DNA of 64,000 nt, from NCBI GenBank assembly GCA_046861385.1, contig JBHHTW010000004.1, forward strand, positions 32,001-96,000, read 5' to 3'. Positions 31,114-40,516 of this stretch are shown here, in pieces. The notes below the pieces were generated by a model. That model did not search any database. It saw only the letters and a list, made by a program, of their open reading frames with translations, and was not told the origin of the DNA. The DNA is from Fidelibacterota bacterium (GTDB taxonomy: Bacteria; Fidelibacterota; Marinisomatia; Marinisomatales; TCS55). A program made the translations under genes and the position numbers. Within the stretch, counting starts at the first letter, position 1, and every line of letters starts with the position of its first letter.

Positions 31114-33459
31114 ATGAGTCAACAAATTGAAAAGGTAGCCATCTTGGGAGCTGGTGTAATGGGAGCGCAAATTGCCGGTCATCTGGCAAATGCCGGTATC
31201 CCTTCCCTCCTATTCGACATCAACCAGGAATTAGCAGAAAATGGAATTGAAACATTAACAAAGCTAAAGCCGGCGCCTTTGTTTAAACCAAAGAATATTG
31301 CATTAATTACTCCATGTAATTACGATGATCACCTGGAAAAGATTCATGAAGCTGATTGGGTATTAGAAGCCGTGGCAGAAAGATTGGATATTAAACATAG
31401 TGTCTACGGCAAAATATCTCCTCATTTAAAACCGTCGGCCATCGTTACCTCGAATACATCCGGAATCCCATTATCAGATTTGATTACTGTTTTTTCGGAT
31501 GATGTTAAATCCCGTTTCATGATTACACATTTTTTTAATCCGCCTCGGTATATGCATTTATTGGAATTGGTAAAAAGCGATTTCACATCTGAGGATGTCT
31601 ACGATTCAATGGCTAAATTTGGTGAAAATATTTTGGGGAAAGGTATCGTCCATGCAAAAGATACACCCAATTTTATTGGAAACAGAATTGGCGTCTTCAG
31701 CATGGGGGTTACCATACACACTGCTATTCAACAGGGCTTAACGGTCGAGGAAGTTGATAAATTAACCGGAACAATTGTGGGTCGTCCAAAGAGTGCCACC
31801 TTCCGAACTGCAGACGTGGTTGGGTTGGATACGATGGCTCATGTCACCCACACGACTTATGAAAGCGTTTTAGATGATGAAGAGAGAGAGATTTTTAAAA
31901 TTCCGGATATTCTCCAACTTCTTGTGGATGAGGGGCGTCTGGGACAAAAAACCAAGTCCGGATTTTATAAAAAAACCGATAAAGGTATTTTGTCAGTAGA
32001 CCTAAAAACAGGTGAATACGGACCTCAGAAAAAAGTACGTTTTGACGGATTCCGTTTAGCCAAAGATCATACGTCTACTGCCGGGAAAATTAAGGCGTTG
32101 GCATATAGCGATGATAAGGCGGGTAAATTTTTCTGGGAAACATTGGCCAGGGCGTTGATTTACAGTGCAAATAGAATTCCAGAAATCAGTGATGATATTA
32201 TCAATATTGACAACGCAATTAAATGGGGATTTGGGTGGCAATTAGGCCCCTTCGAAAGTTGGGATGCCATTGGAGTACAAGAGTCTGTGGATAAAATGTT
32301 GGCGGAGAAGAGATCTGTTCCTCAGTGGGTATTGGAAATGCTCGCAAGCGGTCGAACCAGTTTTTATGAAACGAGCAATGGAGTGAAAACATATTACGAT
32401 GTGCTGTCCAGTGAGTCAAAACCAGTTTCAACTACTGATAAGGAAATCAATCTTAACTTGCAAAAATCCGCGGGAAACCTCGTTAAGAAAAACTGGAGCG
32501 CCAGTCTGATTGATTTAGGCGATGGTGTGTTGAATGTTGAATTTCATTCTATCCTACAACCGACTCTTAATCCTATTGACGGCTCATTAGGAATGACCAT
32601 TAACGATGGTTTGGATCTTTTGGAAGCAGGAAAATTCAAAGCAATGGTGATGGGACACAATGGTCAGAATTTTTGTGCAGGGGCAAATCTGGCTGGAATT
32701 TTGGAAGTATGTGAGGCGAAAGATTGGGATAAATTAGAAAGCGCGGTAAAAGACCTCCAGGACTTGACGCAACGAATTCGTTTTTCTCAGGCGCCGGTTG
32801 TTGCAGCGCCATTTCATTTAACATTAGGTGGCGGTTTTGAATTAATCGGTCCGGCAGCTCATCGTGTGGCGTCAGCTGAATTGTATGTGGGTTTAGTTGA
32901 AGTGGGTGTTGGATTGATTCCGGGAGCAGGTGGAAACCTCCGTCTGATTTTACACATGATGGAAAACAGTGGAAGCGGTCGAATCAATGCCTTCCAAATT
33001 GCACAAAAAGCATTTGAAACTATTGGTTTCGCAAAGGTGGCTACCAGCGCTGATGAAGCGAAATTCATAGGATATTTACTTAAAACGGATACCATTGTTT
33101 TGAATAATGATCACCGTATTTGGACGGCAAAACAAAAAGCGCTCGAACTGGCAGAAGATTATGAACCTCCCCAATTCAGAGATGACCTAAAATTACCAGG
33201 TAGCGGCGGTAGAACGGCACTGGCTATGGCGTTGAAAGGATTCAAGGCTCAAGGGAAAATTTCCAGTCATGATGAAACGATTGCTAAAAAATTAGCCTTT
33301 GTGATTACTGGTGGAGATAAAGCAGGATTAACAAAATCAGTAGATGAACAATATATGCTGGATATTGAGCGGGAAGCATTCGTCTCCCTTGCTGGGGAAT
33401 CATTAACACAAGACCGTATTCGATTTATGCTGAAAAGGGGGAAACCACTGCGTAATTAA
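31114..33459 (+). CDS. 3-hydroxyacyl-CoA dehydrogenase / enoyl-CoA hydratase (FadN-type)
   Basis: GAGVMG, SNTSG, HFFNPPRY, KDTPNFIGNRIG, C-terminal crotonase domain, GKPLRN end. Confidence 0.93.
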   Translation: MSQQIEKVAILGAGVMGAQIAGHLANAGIPSLLFDINQELAENGIETLTKLKPAPLFKPKNIALITPCNYDDHLEKIHEADWVLEAVAERLDIKHSVYGKISPHLKPSAIVTSNTSGIPLSDLITVFSDDVKSRFMITHFFNPPRYMHLLELVKSDFTSEDVYDSMAKFGENILGKGIVHAKDTPNFIGNRIGVFSMGVTIHTAIQQGLTVEEVDKLTGTIVGRPKSATFRTADVVGLDTMAHVTHTTYESVLDDEEREIFKIPDILQLLVDEGRLGQKTKSGFYKKTDKGILSVDLKTGEYGPQKKVRFDGFRLAKDHTSTAGKIKALAYSDDKAGKFFWETLARALIYSANRIPEISDDIINIDNAIKWGFGWQLGPFESWDAIGVQESVDKMLAEKRSVPQWVLEMLASGRTSFYETSNGVKTYYDVLSSESKPVSTTDKEINLNLQKSAGNLVKKNWSASLIDLGDGVLNVEFHSILQPTLNPIDGSLGMTINDGLDLLEAGKFKAMVMGHNGQNFCAGANLAGILEVCEAKDWDKLESAVKDLQDLTQRIRFSQAPVVAAPFHLTLGGGFELIGPAAHRVASAELYVGLVEVGVGLIPGAGGNLRLILHMMENSGSGRINAFQIAQKAFETIGFAKVATSADEAKFIGYLLKTDTIVLNNDHRIWTAKQKALELAEDYEPPQFRDDLKLPGSGGRTALAMALKGFKAQGKISSHDETIAKKLAFVITGGDKAGLTKSVDEQYMLDIEREAFVSLAGESLTQDRIRFMLKRGKPLRN

Positions 33460-33495
33460 TAAAATGGATTATACAGGAAAAATATTATCAAAGAA

Positions 33496-33512
33496 TGATA
33501 AATAATTTATCA
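33496..33512. promoter_or_regulatory. Perfect palindrome upstream of the Na/Pi cotransporter gene
   Basis: TGATAAAT-A-ATTTATCA (8-1-8). Confidence 0.35.
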
Positions 33513-33575
33513 GGCTAATATTTTATTATTCTTAATTTGTTTTCTGATTAGTGATGAATTATTAAGTTTTAACCA

Positions 33576-34712
33576 GTGAATACCCAAACGATCTCACGCG
33601 GTACTACCATCCTTAAAACGATAGCTATTTTTGCTGTCCTTTACTTATTTCTTATTAGTATTGGTATGATTGGTACCGCATTTAAAGGTATGGGAAAAGG
33701 GTTCGCAGAAGAATTAATCCAGAGCAATGCCGGACCTATTATTGGTCTATTTATCGGTATTCTGGCTACCAGTATCATCCAAAGTTCTTCAACAACAACC
33801 TCATTAGTCGTAAGTATGGTTGCAGCCGGTGCATTTGGCAATGACCCTCGGATTGCTGTTGCAGCTGCCGTGCCCTATATTATGGGAGCGAATATCGGAA
33901 CCAGTATAACCAATACAATAGTATCACTGGGTCATATTGTTAATAAGAATGAGTTCCGGCGGGCATTTTCTGCTTCCATCGTGCATGATTTTTTTAATAT
34001 CGTTGCGGTTTTGATTTTATTTCCGTTTGAAAGGGCATTCGGCGTGATCAGCAATAGTGCAAATTGGCTGGCTGAATTCTTAGTGGGAGCCGAATCCTTT
34101 ACTTTTAAAAGTCCCATAAAAATGATCACAAAACCCGTTGTTGCATGGATCAAAGAATTATTCAAGCAGCAAGATATCATGAATTATAATTGGCTATTGT
34201 TGATAGCAGCCCTTCTTTTATTATTCTTTTCGCTTCGATATTTAACAAAATTGATTCGCAGTTTGGTCATGGTAAGGTTGGAGGCATTTTTTGATACTCA
34301 CATTTTTAAGACAGCTATTCGAGCCATGGCTTTTGGAATTTTTATCACCGTATTAGTACAAAGCAGCTCAATCACAACTTCCCTTGTTGTTCCTCTGGCA
34401 GGTGCTGGAATATTGAGACTAGAGCAAATTTTCCCATACACATTGGGAGCTAATATTGGAACGACTGTTACGGCACTACTTGCAAGCCTTGTATCGGGTA
34501 CCATTGCTCCACTGGCTGTCGCTTTTTCCCATCTCATGTTCAATATTTTCGGAATATTGATCATTTGGCCCGTTGAAAAAATTCGAAATATTCCCATTCA
34601 ATTAGCAAAATGGTTTTCAGAAAAAGCAGTTCAAAACAGAATTTTTCCACTAATATATATAATAGTTATGTTTTTTATTATTCCATTAACCCTAATTATT
34701 CTTGTGAGGTAA
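33576..34712 (+). CDS. Na+/phosphate cotransporter (NptA/SLC34-like)
   Basis: Two QSSS repeats and two GANIGT motifs; GTG start. Confidence 0.92.
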   Translation: MNTQTISRGTTILKTIAIFAVLYLFLISIGMIGTAFKGMGKGFAEELIQSNAGPIIGLFIGILATSIIQSSSTTTSLVVSMVAAGAFGNDPRIAVAAAVPYIMGANIGTSITNTIVSLGHIVNKNEFRRAFSASIVHDFFNIVAVLILFPFERAFGVISNSANWLAEFLVGAESFTFKSPIKMITKPVVAWIKELFKQQDIMNYNWLLLIAALLLLFFSLRYLTKLIRSLVMVRLEAFFDTHIFKTAIRAMAFGIFITVLVQSSSITTSLVVPLAGAGILRLEQIFPYTLGANIGTTVTALLASLVSGTIAPLAVAFSHLMFNIFGILIIWPVEKIRNIPIQLAKWFSEKAVQNRIFPLIYIIVMFFIIPLTLIILVR

Positions 34713-34715
34713 ACT

Positions 34716-35390
34716 ATGTCACTATTCAAAGATGTCATTAATTTATGGAAAGCAGATGACCTGTTATCCCAAGCTTGGGATGATTCCCATAAAATGCTGA
34801 ATCTTTCCCATGAAATATTCCAGCAAGCGCTAATCTACCTGAAAAAAGGTGAGAATATTGAAACACTAAAGGCGTTAAAAAAACGTGATCGGGAAATCAA
34901 TGAGTTTCAGAGAGATGTTAGGCGAAAGGTGTTGACACACTATGCAGTGAAACAAGATACAACTGATTTAGCCAATGGACTTGTTCTTATCAACATGGTC
35001 GTGGATATTGAGCGCATCGGCGATTATTGTAAAAATATTTTGGACCTGGCCATCAATCATGATCAATCTATCAATTCATCTGAAATATCAGAAGATTTAG
35101 CCATGATTGAAGGTGAAGTGCAAACCAGATTCGAAAAAACATTACTGACGATTCAATCTCAGGATACAGAAGCAGCCAAATCTCTATTTGAAGGATATAA
35201 AGAACAGGTCACCGGCAAATCGGACGCTATTGTAAATGGGGTTCTTAGAAACAAGATTCATTTCGGCGGAGAATCAAGGACAGCGGCCATCGCCCTATAT
35301 GCTCGTTATTTAAAACGGATTGGCGCTCACCTGAAAAACATTTCATCAACTCTGGTGAATCCATTTGATGCTATTGGTTATAAGGAATAA
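34716..35390 (+). CDS. PhoU-domain protein
   Basis: D.EIN...R.VRR, DIERIGDY and YLKRIGAH PhoU-like repeats. Confidence 0.85.
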   Translation: MSLFKDVINLWKADDLLSQAWDDSHKMLNLSHEIFQQALIYLKKGENIETLKALKKRDREINEFQRDVRRKVLTHYAVKQDTTDLANGLVLINMVVDIERIGDYCKNILDLAINHDQSINSSEISEDLAMIEGEVQTRFEKTLLTIQSQDTEAAKSLFEGYKEQVTGKSDAIVNGVLRNKIHFGGESRTAAIALYARYLKRIGAHLKNISSTLVNPFDAIGYKE

Positions 35391-35505
35391 CTGTTCATAA
35401 TTTGTTCACAGTTTTTATTAATTAATTTCTACTTAATCTCTTTTAATTTCATATAAATATTCTATTATCAAGAAATATTCGAATGTAAGCATATGGATTA
35501 CAAAC

Positions 35506-35690
35506 TGTGTGGCTTTTTAATTAGCAGGACTATTTTGATATAAAAGTTAAGGTGATACTTTTGGGTAAATTACCGTTGAATGAAATAATGATAAATGACC
35601 CCAAAATCAAATACCGAAAAAACAATCTGAGAGATCAGAAGGAAAACTCGCCTGAAGTATTCAGCAGAAGAGAAAATCAGAATAATTATT
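35506..35690 (+). pseudogene. IS3-family transposase OrfA relic with possible left inverted repeat
   Basis: From 35595: MTPKSNTEKTI*EIRRKTRLKYSAEEKIRII resembles the IS3 OrfA N-terminus (..IRR.TRR.YSAEEKIRIV); in-frame TGA at 35628; TG-starting IR-like TGTGTGGCTTTTTAATTAGCAGGAC at 35506. Confidence 0.65.
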
Positions 35691-35832
35691 ATCATTGAAA
35701 AATAACTCACAAAATAAATTCAGCAGACAGCAGTACTTTTGTCCAGCAGGTGAAAATGATCACTCAATTGACTCCATTGTCTTTATTTATTAATAGGAGG
35801 TACATTCTTCCTAATAATCTGAGAAGAATATC

Positions 35833-36990
35833 ATGACAGAAAAGTATCAAATTGAAACAAAGCTCATTCATGCAGGTGAGCCTAAAAAAAAGTTTGGCAA
35901 TGCAGTGAATATGCCGATTTTTCAATCTTCCACCTTTGAATACAGTGGACAAGGCAATTATGATGAAATAAAATATATTCGCCTTAATAATACACCGAAT
36001 CATATTGTTCTTCATGAAAAATTAGCAGCTCTGGAGAATGGTGAAGATGCTTTAGTTACATCCAGCGGTATGGCAGCAATTTCCGCATCGCTGCTGACGT
36101 TTTTAAAATCCGGAGATCATTTCCTGGCACATGAAACGTTGTACGGTGGAACCCACACATTTATTACAAAAGATCTTCTTGATTTAGGCATTGAGTGTGA
36201 TTTTATTGATGCTTCTAATCCGAAAGGCTGGAAGGAGAAACTACGACCAGAAACCAAACTCATTTATGTTGAGTCCATCACCAATCCGCTTTTGGATGTA
36301 TTGGAGTTAAATGAGGTAATCATTTTTGCTAAAAAACATAATTTATTATCATTGATCGATAATACTTTTGCCACACCGATTAATTATCGCCCAATTGAAC
36401 ACGGCTTTGATCTATCAATTCACAGCGCTACTAAATATTTAAATGGTCACACTGACATTGTTGCCGGAGCAGTAATTGGCTCTAGTGATTTAGTTTCAAA
36501 AGTGAAACATAAATTGAATCACTTAGGCGGCTCATTGGATCCCAATGCATGCTTCCTGATGCATCGTGGATTGAAAACATTATCTCTTCGGATGGAGAGA
36601 CAAAATAATAATTCATTAACCATTGCGAATTTTCTTGAAAAGCATGCAAGAATTAGAAAAGTGAATCATCCGGGATTAGAAAGCAACGCAAGCCATTTTC
36701 GGGCAAAGAAATATTTGAACGGATTTGGAGGAATGGTCAGTTTTGAAATCGATGGCAATGTTGAAGAAGCAGACAAATTCATATCAAAATTATCATTGTT
36801 CATTAATGCTCCCAGCCTGGGTGGAGTGGAATCGTTAATTACTCGACCAGCGCAGACATCCCATTCAGGGATGTCCAAAGAGGACAGGGAAGCTTCAGGT
36901 ATAAATGATGAATTGATTCGCATGTCTATTGGTATTGAAGCTGTTGATGATTTGATTACAGCCATTGATAATGCGTTGGGAACAAAATAA
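35833..36990 (+). CDS. Cys/Met metabolism PLP enzyme (cystathionine gamma-synthase/lyase or methionine gamma-lyase family)
   Basis: SSGMAAI, ESITNP, DNTFATP, HSATKYLNGH, SLGGVESL. Confidence 0.93.
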   Translation: MTEKYQIETKLIHAGEPKKKFGNAVNMPIFQSSTFEYSGQGNYDEIKYIRLNNTPNHIVLHEKLAALENGEDALVTSSGMAAISASLLTFLKSGDHFLAHETLYGGTHTFITKDLLDLGIECDFIDASNPKGWKEKLRPETKLIYVESITNPLLDVLELNEVIIFAKKHNLLSLIDNTFATPINYRPIEHGFDLSIHSATKYLNGHTDIVAGAVIGSSDLVSKVKHKLNHLGGSLDPNACFLMHRGLKTLSLRMERQNNNSLTIANFLEKHARIRKVNHPGLESNASHFRAKKYLNGFGGMVSFEIDGNVEEADKFISKLSLFINAPSLGGVESLITRPAQTSHSGMSKEDREASGINDELIRMSIGIEAVDDLITAIDNALGTK

Positions 36991-37144
36991 TAAGTACACC
37001 GATCACGGTTATCCAAAGGGAAAACAGGATAATCGAATAGACAAGCAAACACGACTATATCCTCAAGTGATCGAACTTAATATATCAAGAATGGATTCAA
37101 ATTCTTAGTTGAGTAGCTGAATTATATCAAGAGTAAAAATAATT

Positions 37145-37183
37145 AAAACCTTGCGAAGAGAATATCCCTTCGCAAGGTTTTTT
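37145..37183. terminator. Likely bidirectional intrinsic terminator
   Basis: AAAACCTTGCGAAG-AGAATATCC-CTTCGCAAGGTTTTTT between convergent genes. Confidence 0.85.
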
Positions 37184-37194
37184 GGCGTTCGGTC

Positions 37195-37635
37195 TTACAG
37201 TGAAGAACTCAGCGCTTGGGTAAGGGCATTGTCAAGGGAATCCTGTACATCCGTTAGTTCTATTTCCGATTGCTTCTCCTCTTTAAGAGCAGCTTCATCA
37301 ACTGTGTTAGTTGAATACTGATTCCCGTTCCAAGTGAATGTCTTATCAGGACCGAGAGCATCCCTGGCGACGGCAAATGCTTTCGAAAAAGAAATCATTC
37401 CCGGAGGTTTAGGTACAGCGGCTTCTACTTCAACCGTCTCTATTCTTGAAAAGCCTGAATCCTCAGGGGATTCTTCATAGGAATCAAATGATTCTTCTTC
37501 AATGAAAGAACTCATGACGGTTTTTACCGGTGTAGTGGATGCTTGATGTTGAATGATTAGAGCAGTGATGACAACCACTCCGAATAGTATGGAAACAATC
37601 CGTGCTCCCATTGAGCTATTATCTTTTTGTTTCAT
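37195..37635 (-). CDS. Hypothetical single-TM acidic protein
   Basis: N-terminal TM, AAAGAAAGGA SD, compact motif SFSKAFAVARDALGPDKTFTWNGNQYST. Confidence 0.75.
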   Translation of the reverse strand: MKQKDNSSMGARIVSILFGVVVITALIIQHQASTTPVKTVMSSFIEEESFDSYEESPEDSGFSRIETVEVEAAVPKPPGMISFSKAFAVARDALGPDKTFTWNGNQYSTNTVDEAALKEEKQSEIELTDVQDSLDNALTQALSSSL

Positions 37636-37718
37636 GGCGTATTCCTTTCTTTGAGTTTTACGCTTGCGATCTTGGGTTTGTACGATGGGATGAATGATTG
37701 AGTTCCACAGCTATGAAG

Positions 37719-37798
37719 CCTTCTTTCAAGAGAGGGATGTAGGAAGGTATATTAATTCAATTATGATACATCCCCCTGCACCCCCTTTGATAAGGGGA
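37719..37798. repeat. Inverted pair of degenerate C-rich/G-rich REP-like palindromes
   Basis: CCTTCTTTCAAGAGAGGGATGTAGGAAGG and TACATCCCCCTGCACCCCCTTTGATAAGGGG; GGGATGTA (37734-37741) pairs with TACATCCC (37767-37774). Confidence 0.45.
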
Positions 37799-37810
37799 AC
37801 TTTACAAAAT

Positions 37811-37866
37811 AAAAAGGCGGCTGCGCTCTGATCGCAAGCTCCCAAAGAAAGGGAAAAGCAGCCGCC
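37811..37866 (-). terminator. Large-loop intrinsic terminator whose loop is antisense to the next gene's RBS
   Basis: GGCGGCTGC/GCAGCCGCC 9-bp stem followed by U-tract on the minus strand; loop complementary to 37644-37671. Confidence 0.6.
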
Positions 37867-37880
37867 ATGGGGGATTGAAT

Positions 37881-38513
37881 TTACGAACGATTTACTAAAT
37901 TGAAGCGGATGGAAACTACATGGATTAAATAATACCAAATGAGTGTGATGAATAGATTTGCCAAAACAAAACCCGGCCACTCACCGAACAATCGCTCAAA
38001 GTCTAAAGTGGGATAACGAAAATCCAATATATTCTGATCAAAAATATTATTGTATATATAGATGAATCCCGCATAAAACATCATGAATTTTAAAGCGGTA
38101 AGAACAGCATTTTTATTTAATAAATGACCTTGTTTGGTCATAAATATTGTTAAAGCAAGCGGCGCAGTATGTTTCAGATAAAAAGCCGCCCATGAAAGCG
38201 GATAAGTGTCAATTGGCGGGCATACCGGGTTGGGCCAAATGACTAATGTCAATAAATCACCTGTCCAGGCGAAGTAAAAAAATACTTCAAAGAGCTTTTG
38301 ATTAAATTTGAAAGATAATATAAAGCCCAAAATAGCTGTAATATTGCAGAGCCAAAATATCAAATGGATGTTATGCTGAAAATTATATATGGTAGTGAAA
38401 AACAATGCATAACTGATGCTAATCTGTATTGGGATAAGAATTCGCTTATAATTCCGGATGGCTCCAATAAACAAAAATAATGAAATGATAAAAGTTATGA
38501 GTGGTATAATCAG
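37881..38513 (-). CDS. YwaF/TIGR02206-like integral membrane protein
   Basis: WLCNI, FYLKH, NIFDQN...Y, FGEWP.F pattern; frame is open up to CTG at 38513 (ORF track start TTG 38474). Confidence 0.7.
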   Translation of the reverse strand: MIIPLITFIISLFLFIGAIRNYKRILIPIQISISYALFFTTIYNFQHNIHLIFWLCNITAILGFILSFKFNQKLFEVFFYFAWTGDLLTLVIWPNPVCPPIDTYPLSWAAFYLKHTAPLALTIFMTKQGHLLNKNAVLTALKFMMFYAGFIYIYNNIFDQNILDFRYPTLDFERLFGEWPGFVLANLFITLIWYYLIHVVSIRFNLVNRS

Positions 38514-40504
38514 ATGAGGTCCTTAAAACAGTCTAATGCTTCGGGGTTGGCAAGAGCATCTTTATTGATCACCGGTTCACCGTGGAGTATTTTTTTCACT
38601 GCCAATTCAACTTTTTTTCCACTGAGAGTATAGGGTATATCTTCGACCATTTTAATAATAGCCGGGACGTGACGCGGTGAGCAATTTATTCTTATATTAG
38701 TTTTAATTTGATCAACCAATTTTTCATCCAATTCTACTTGACCATTCATTTTGAGAAAAAGAGCCACCTGTTCATCTCCGTCCGTTTGAACGCCAATAAC
38801 CAGACTGTCGGAAATTTCACGCATTTGTTCTACAACACGATATATTTCAGCGGTACCGATACGAACGCCGCCAGGATTCAGTGTTGCATCGCTTCTACCG
38901 TAGATTATAATTCCGCCGTGATCATTGATTTCGATGTAATCACCATGATACCAAATTGACTCAAATTGATTGAAATATGCCTGATGATATTTTTCTCCAT
39001 TTTCGTCGTTCCAAAAATAAATGGGCATGGAAGGAAAGGCTTTTTTACAAACCAGTTCACCTTTTTCACATCGAATGGAATGTCCACGAAAATCAAACGC
39101 ATCCACATCCATGGCCAGACCGCTGCATTGCAGCTCACCCCGATAAACAGGCAGTATAGGATTACCTAAAGCGAAACAGGAAATAATATCTGTCCCACCG
39201 GAAATAGAAGCCAGTTGAACATCATTTTTAACATCCTGATAAATATAGTCGAAATTTTCTTCCATTAAGGGTGATCCCGTTGAGAGTATAAGACGGACGG
39301 TTGAGAGGTTGTGGGATGAAATCGGTTTATTTCCGGCACCTTCACTGGCTGAAATGAATTTTGCGCTGGTGCCAAAAACTGTTATATTAAAATTTTCTGC
39401 CAAATCCCACATAGCATTACTATCCGGGAAAAAGGGAGAACCATCATATAAAACCAATGTGGCTCCAATGGCCAAATTACTAACAAGCCAATTCCACATC
39501 ATCCAACCGCAGGTAGTGAAATAAAAAACTCGATCTTCTTCGGTAATGTCACAATGGAGGCGTAATTCTTTTAAATGCTGAAGTAATGTACCCCCAGCGC
39601 CGTGGACGATGGACTTTGGCAGCCCGGTGGTTCCGGATGAATACATGATGTAAAGTGGATGATCAAATGGCAGCTGTTCAAACGCAATTTCTTGAGCGGT
39701 GTTATCCATAAAATCTGAAAACAGAATGCTGTTTTGAATGGATTTAATATTTGGATCCTTTTCAGTATAGGGGATAATAACCACCCTTTTCACGCTGGGA
39801 AGTTCACGTAATATATTTTTTAATTTATCCGTCGTATCGTGCTTTTTTCCATTATAATAATAACCATTGGCTGCGACGAGGATTTTAGGTTTAATCTGGC
39901 TAAATCGATCCAACACGCCTTTAATACCAAAATCCGGGGAGGAAGAAGACCAAATGGCGCCGATCGATGCCGTCGCCAGCATCATAATGATGCTTTCCGG
40001 CATATTGGGAATAAAACCAGCAACACGATCGCCGGTTTGAACGCCGGCCGCTTTTAAAGCAAAGGCTGTTTTTGCCACTGATCGATATAAATCACTATAA
40101 GAAAGTTTCCGGGCAGGCTGACCTTCACCTTTAAAAATGATGGCTATTTTGCTGTCCCTCCTCCTTAAGAGATTTTCAGCGAAATTTAATCGTGCTCCCA
40201 TAAACCATTTTGCCCCTGGCATTTTGGATTCATCATCTACAACCTGAGAGAATGGTATTGAATGTGAAATATTTAAGTATGTCCATAGTTCTTCCCAAAA
40301 CGCTGGAATATTTTCTACAGACCAATCGTGCAAATCAGAGTAATTTTGCAGATTTAGCCCATGATTTGTGTTGATGGTTTTTTTAAATTCGTTCATCTGC
40401 GAGTGCTGGATTTGCGTCGCAGACGGTTTCCACATGATTTTTTCCATTAGAAATCTATTAAATTGATAACCAAAAATAAGGGTCTTTGAGGACATTATCA
40501 CCAA
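38510..40504 (-). CDS. Acetoacetate--CoA ligase (likely start 40447)
   Basis: WF.GARLNFAENLL, YSSGTTGLPKSIVH, TTCGWMMWNWL, GRSDATLNPGGVRIG. Confidence 0.93.
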   Translation of the reverse strand: MVIMSSKTLIFGYQFNRFLMEKIMWKPSATQIQHSQMNEFKKTINTNHGLNLQNYSDLHDWSVENIPAFWEELWTYLNISHSIPFSQVVDDESKMPGAKWFMGARLNFAENLLRRRDSKIAIIFKGEGQPARKLSYSDLYRSVAKTAFALKAAGVQTGDRVAGFIPNMPESIIMMLATASIGAIWSSSSPDFGIKGVLDRFSQIKPKILVAANGYYYNGKKHDTTDKLKNILRELPSVKRVVIIPYTEKDPNIKSIQNSILFSDFMDNTAQEIAFEQLPFDHPLYIMYSSGTTGLPKSIVHGAGGTLLQHLKELRLHCDITEEDRVFYFTTCGWMMWNWLVSNLAIGATLVLYDGSPFFPDSNAMWDLAENFNITVFGTSAKFISASEGAGNKPISSHNLSTVRLILSTGSPLMEENFDYIYQDVKNDVQLASISGGTDIISCFALGNPILPVYRGELQCSGLAMDVDAFDFRGHSIRCEKGELVCKKAFPSMPIYFWNDENGEKYHQAYFNQFESIWYHGDYIEINDHGGIIIYGRSDATLNPGGVRIGTAEIYRVVEQMREISDSLVIGVQTDGDEQVALFLKMNGQVELDEKLVDQIKTNIRINCSPRHVPAIIKMVEDIPYTLSGKKVELAVKKILHGEPVINKDALANPEALDCFKDLI

Positions 40505-40516
40505 CCGATTTATTAT

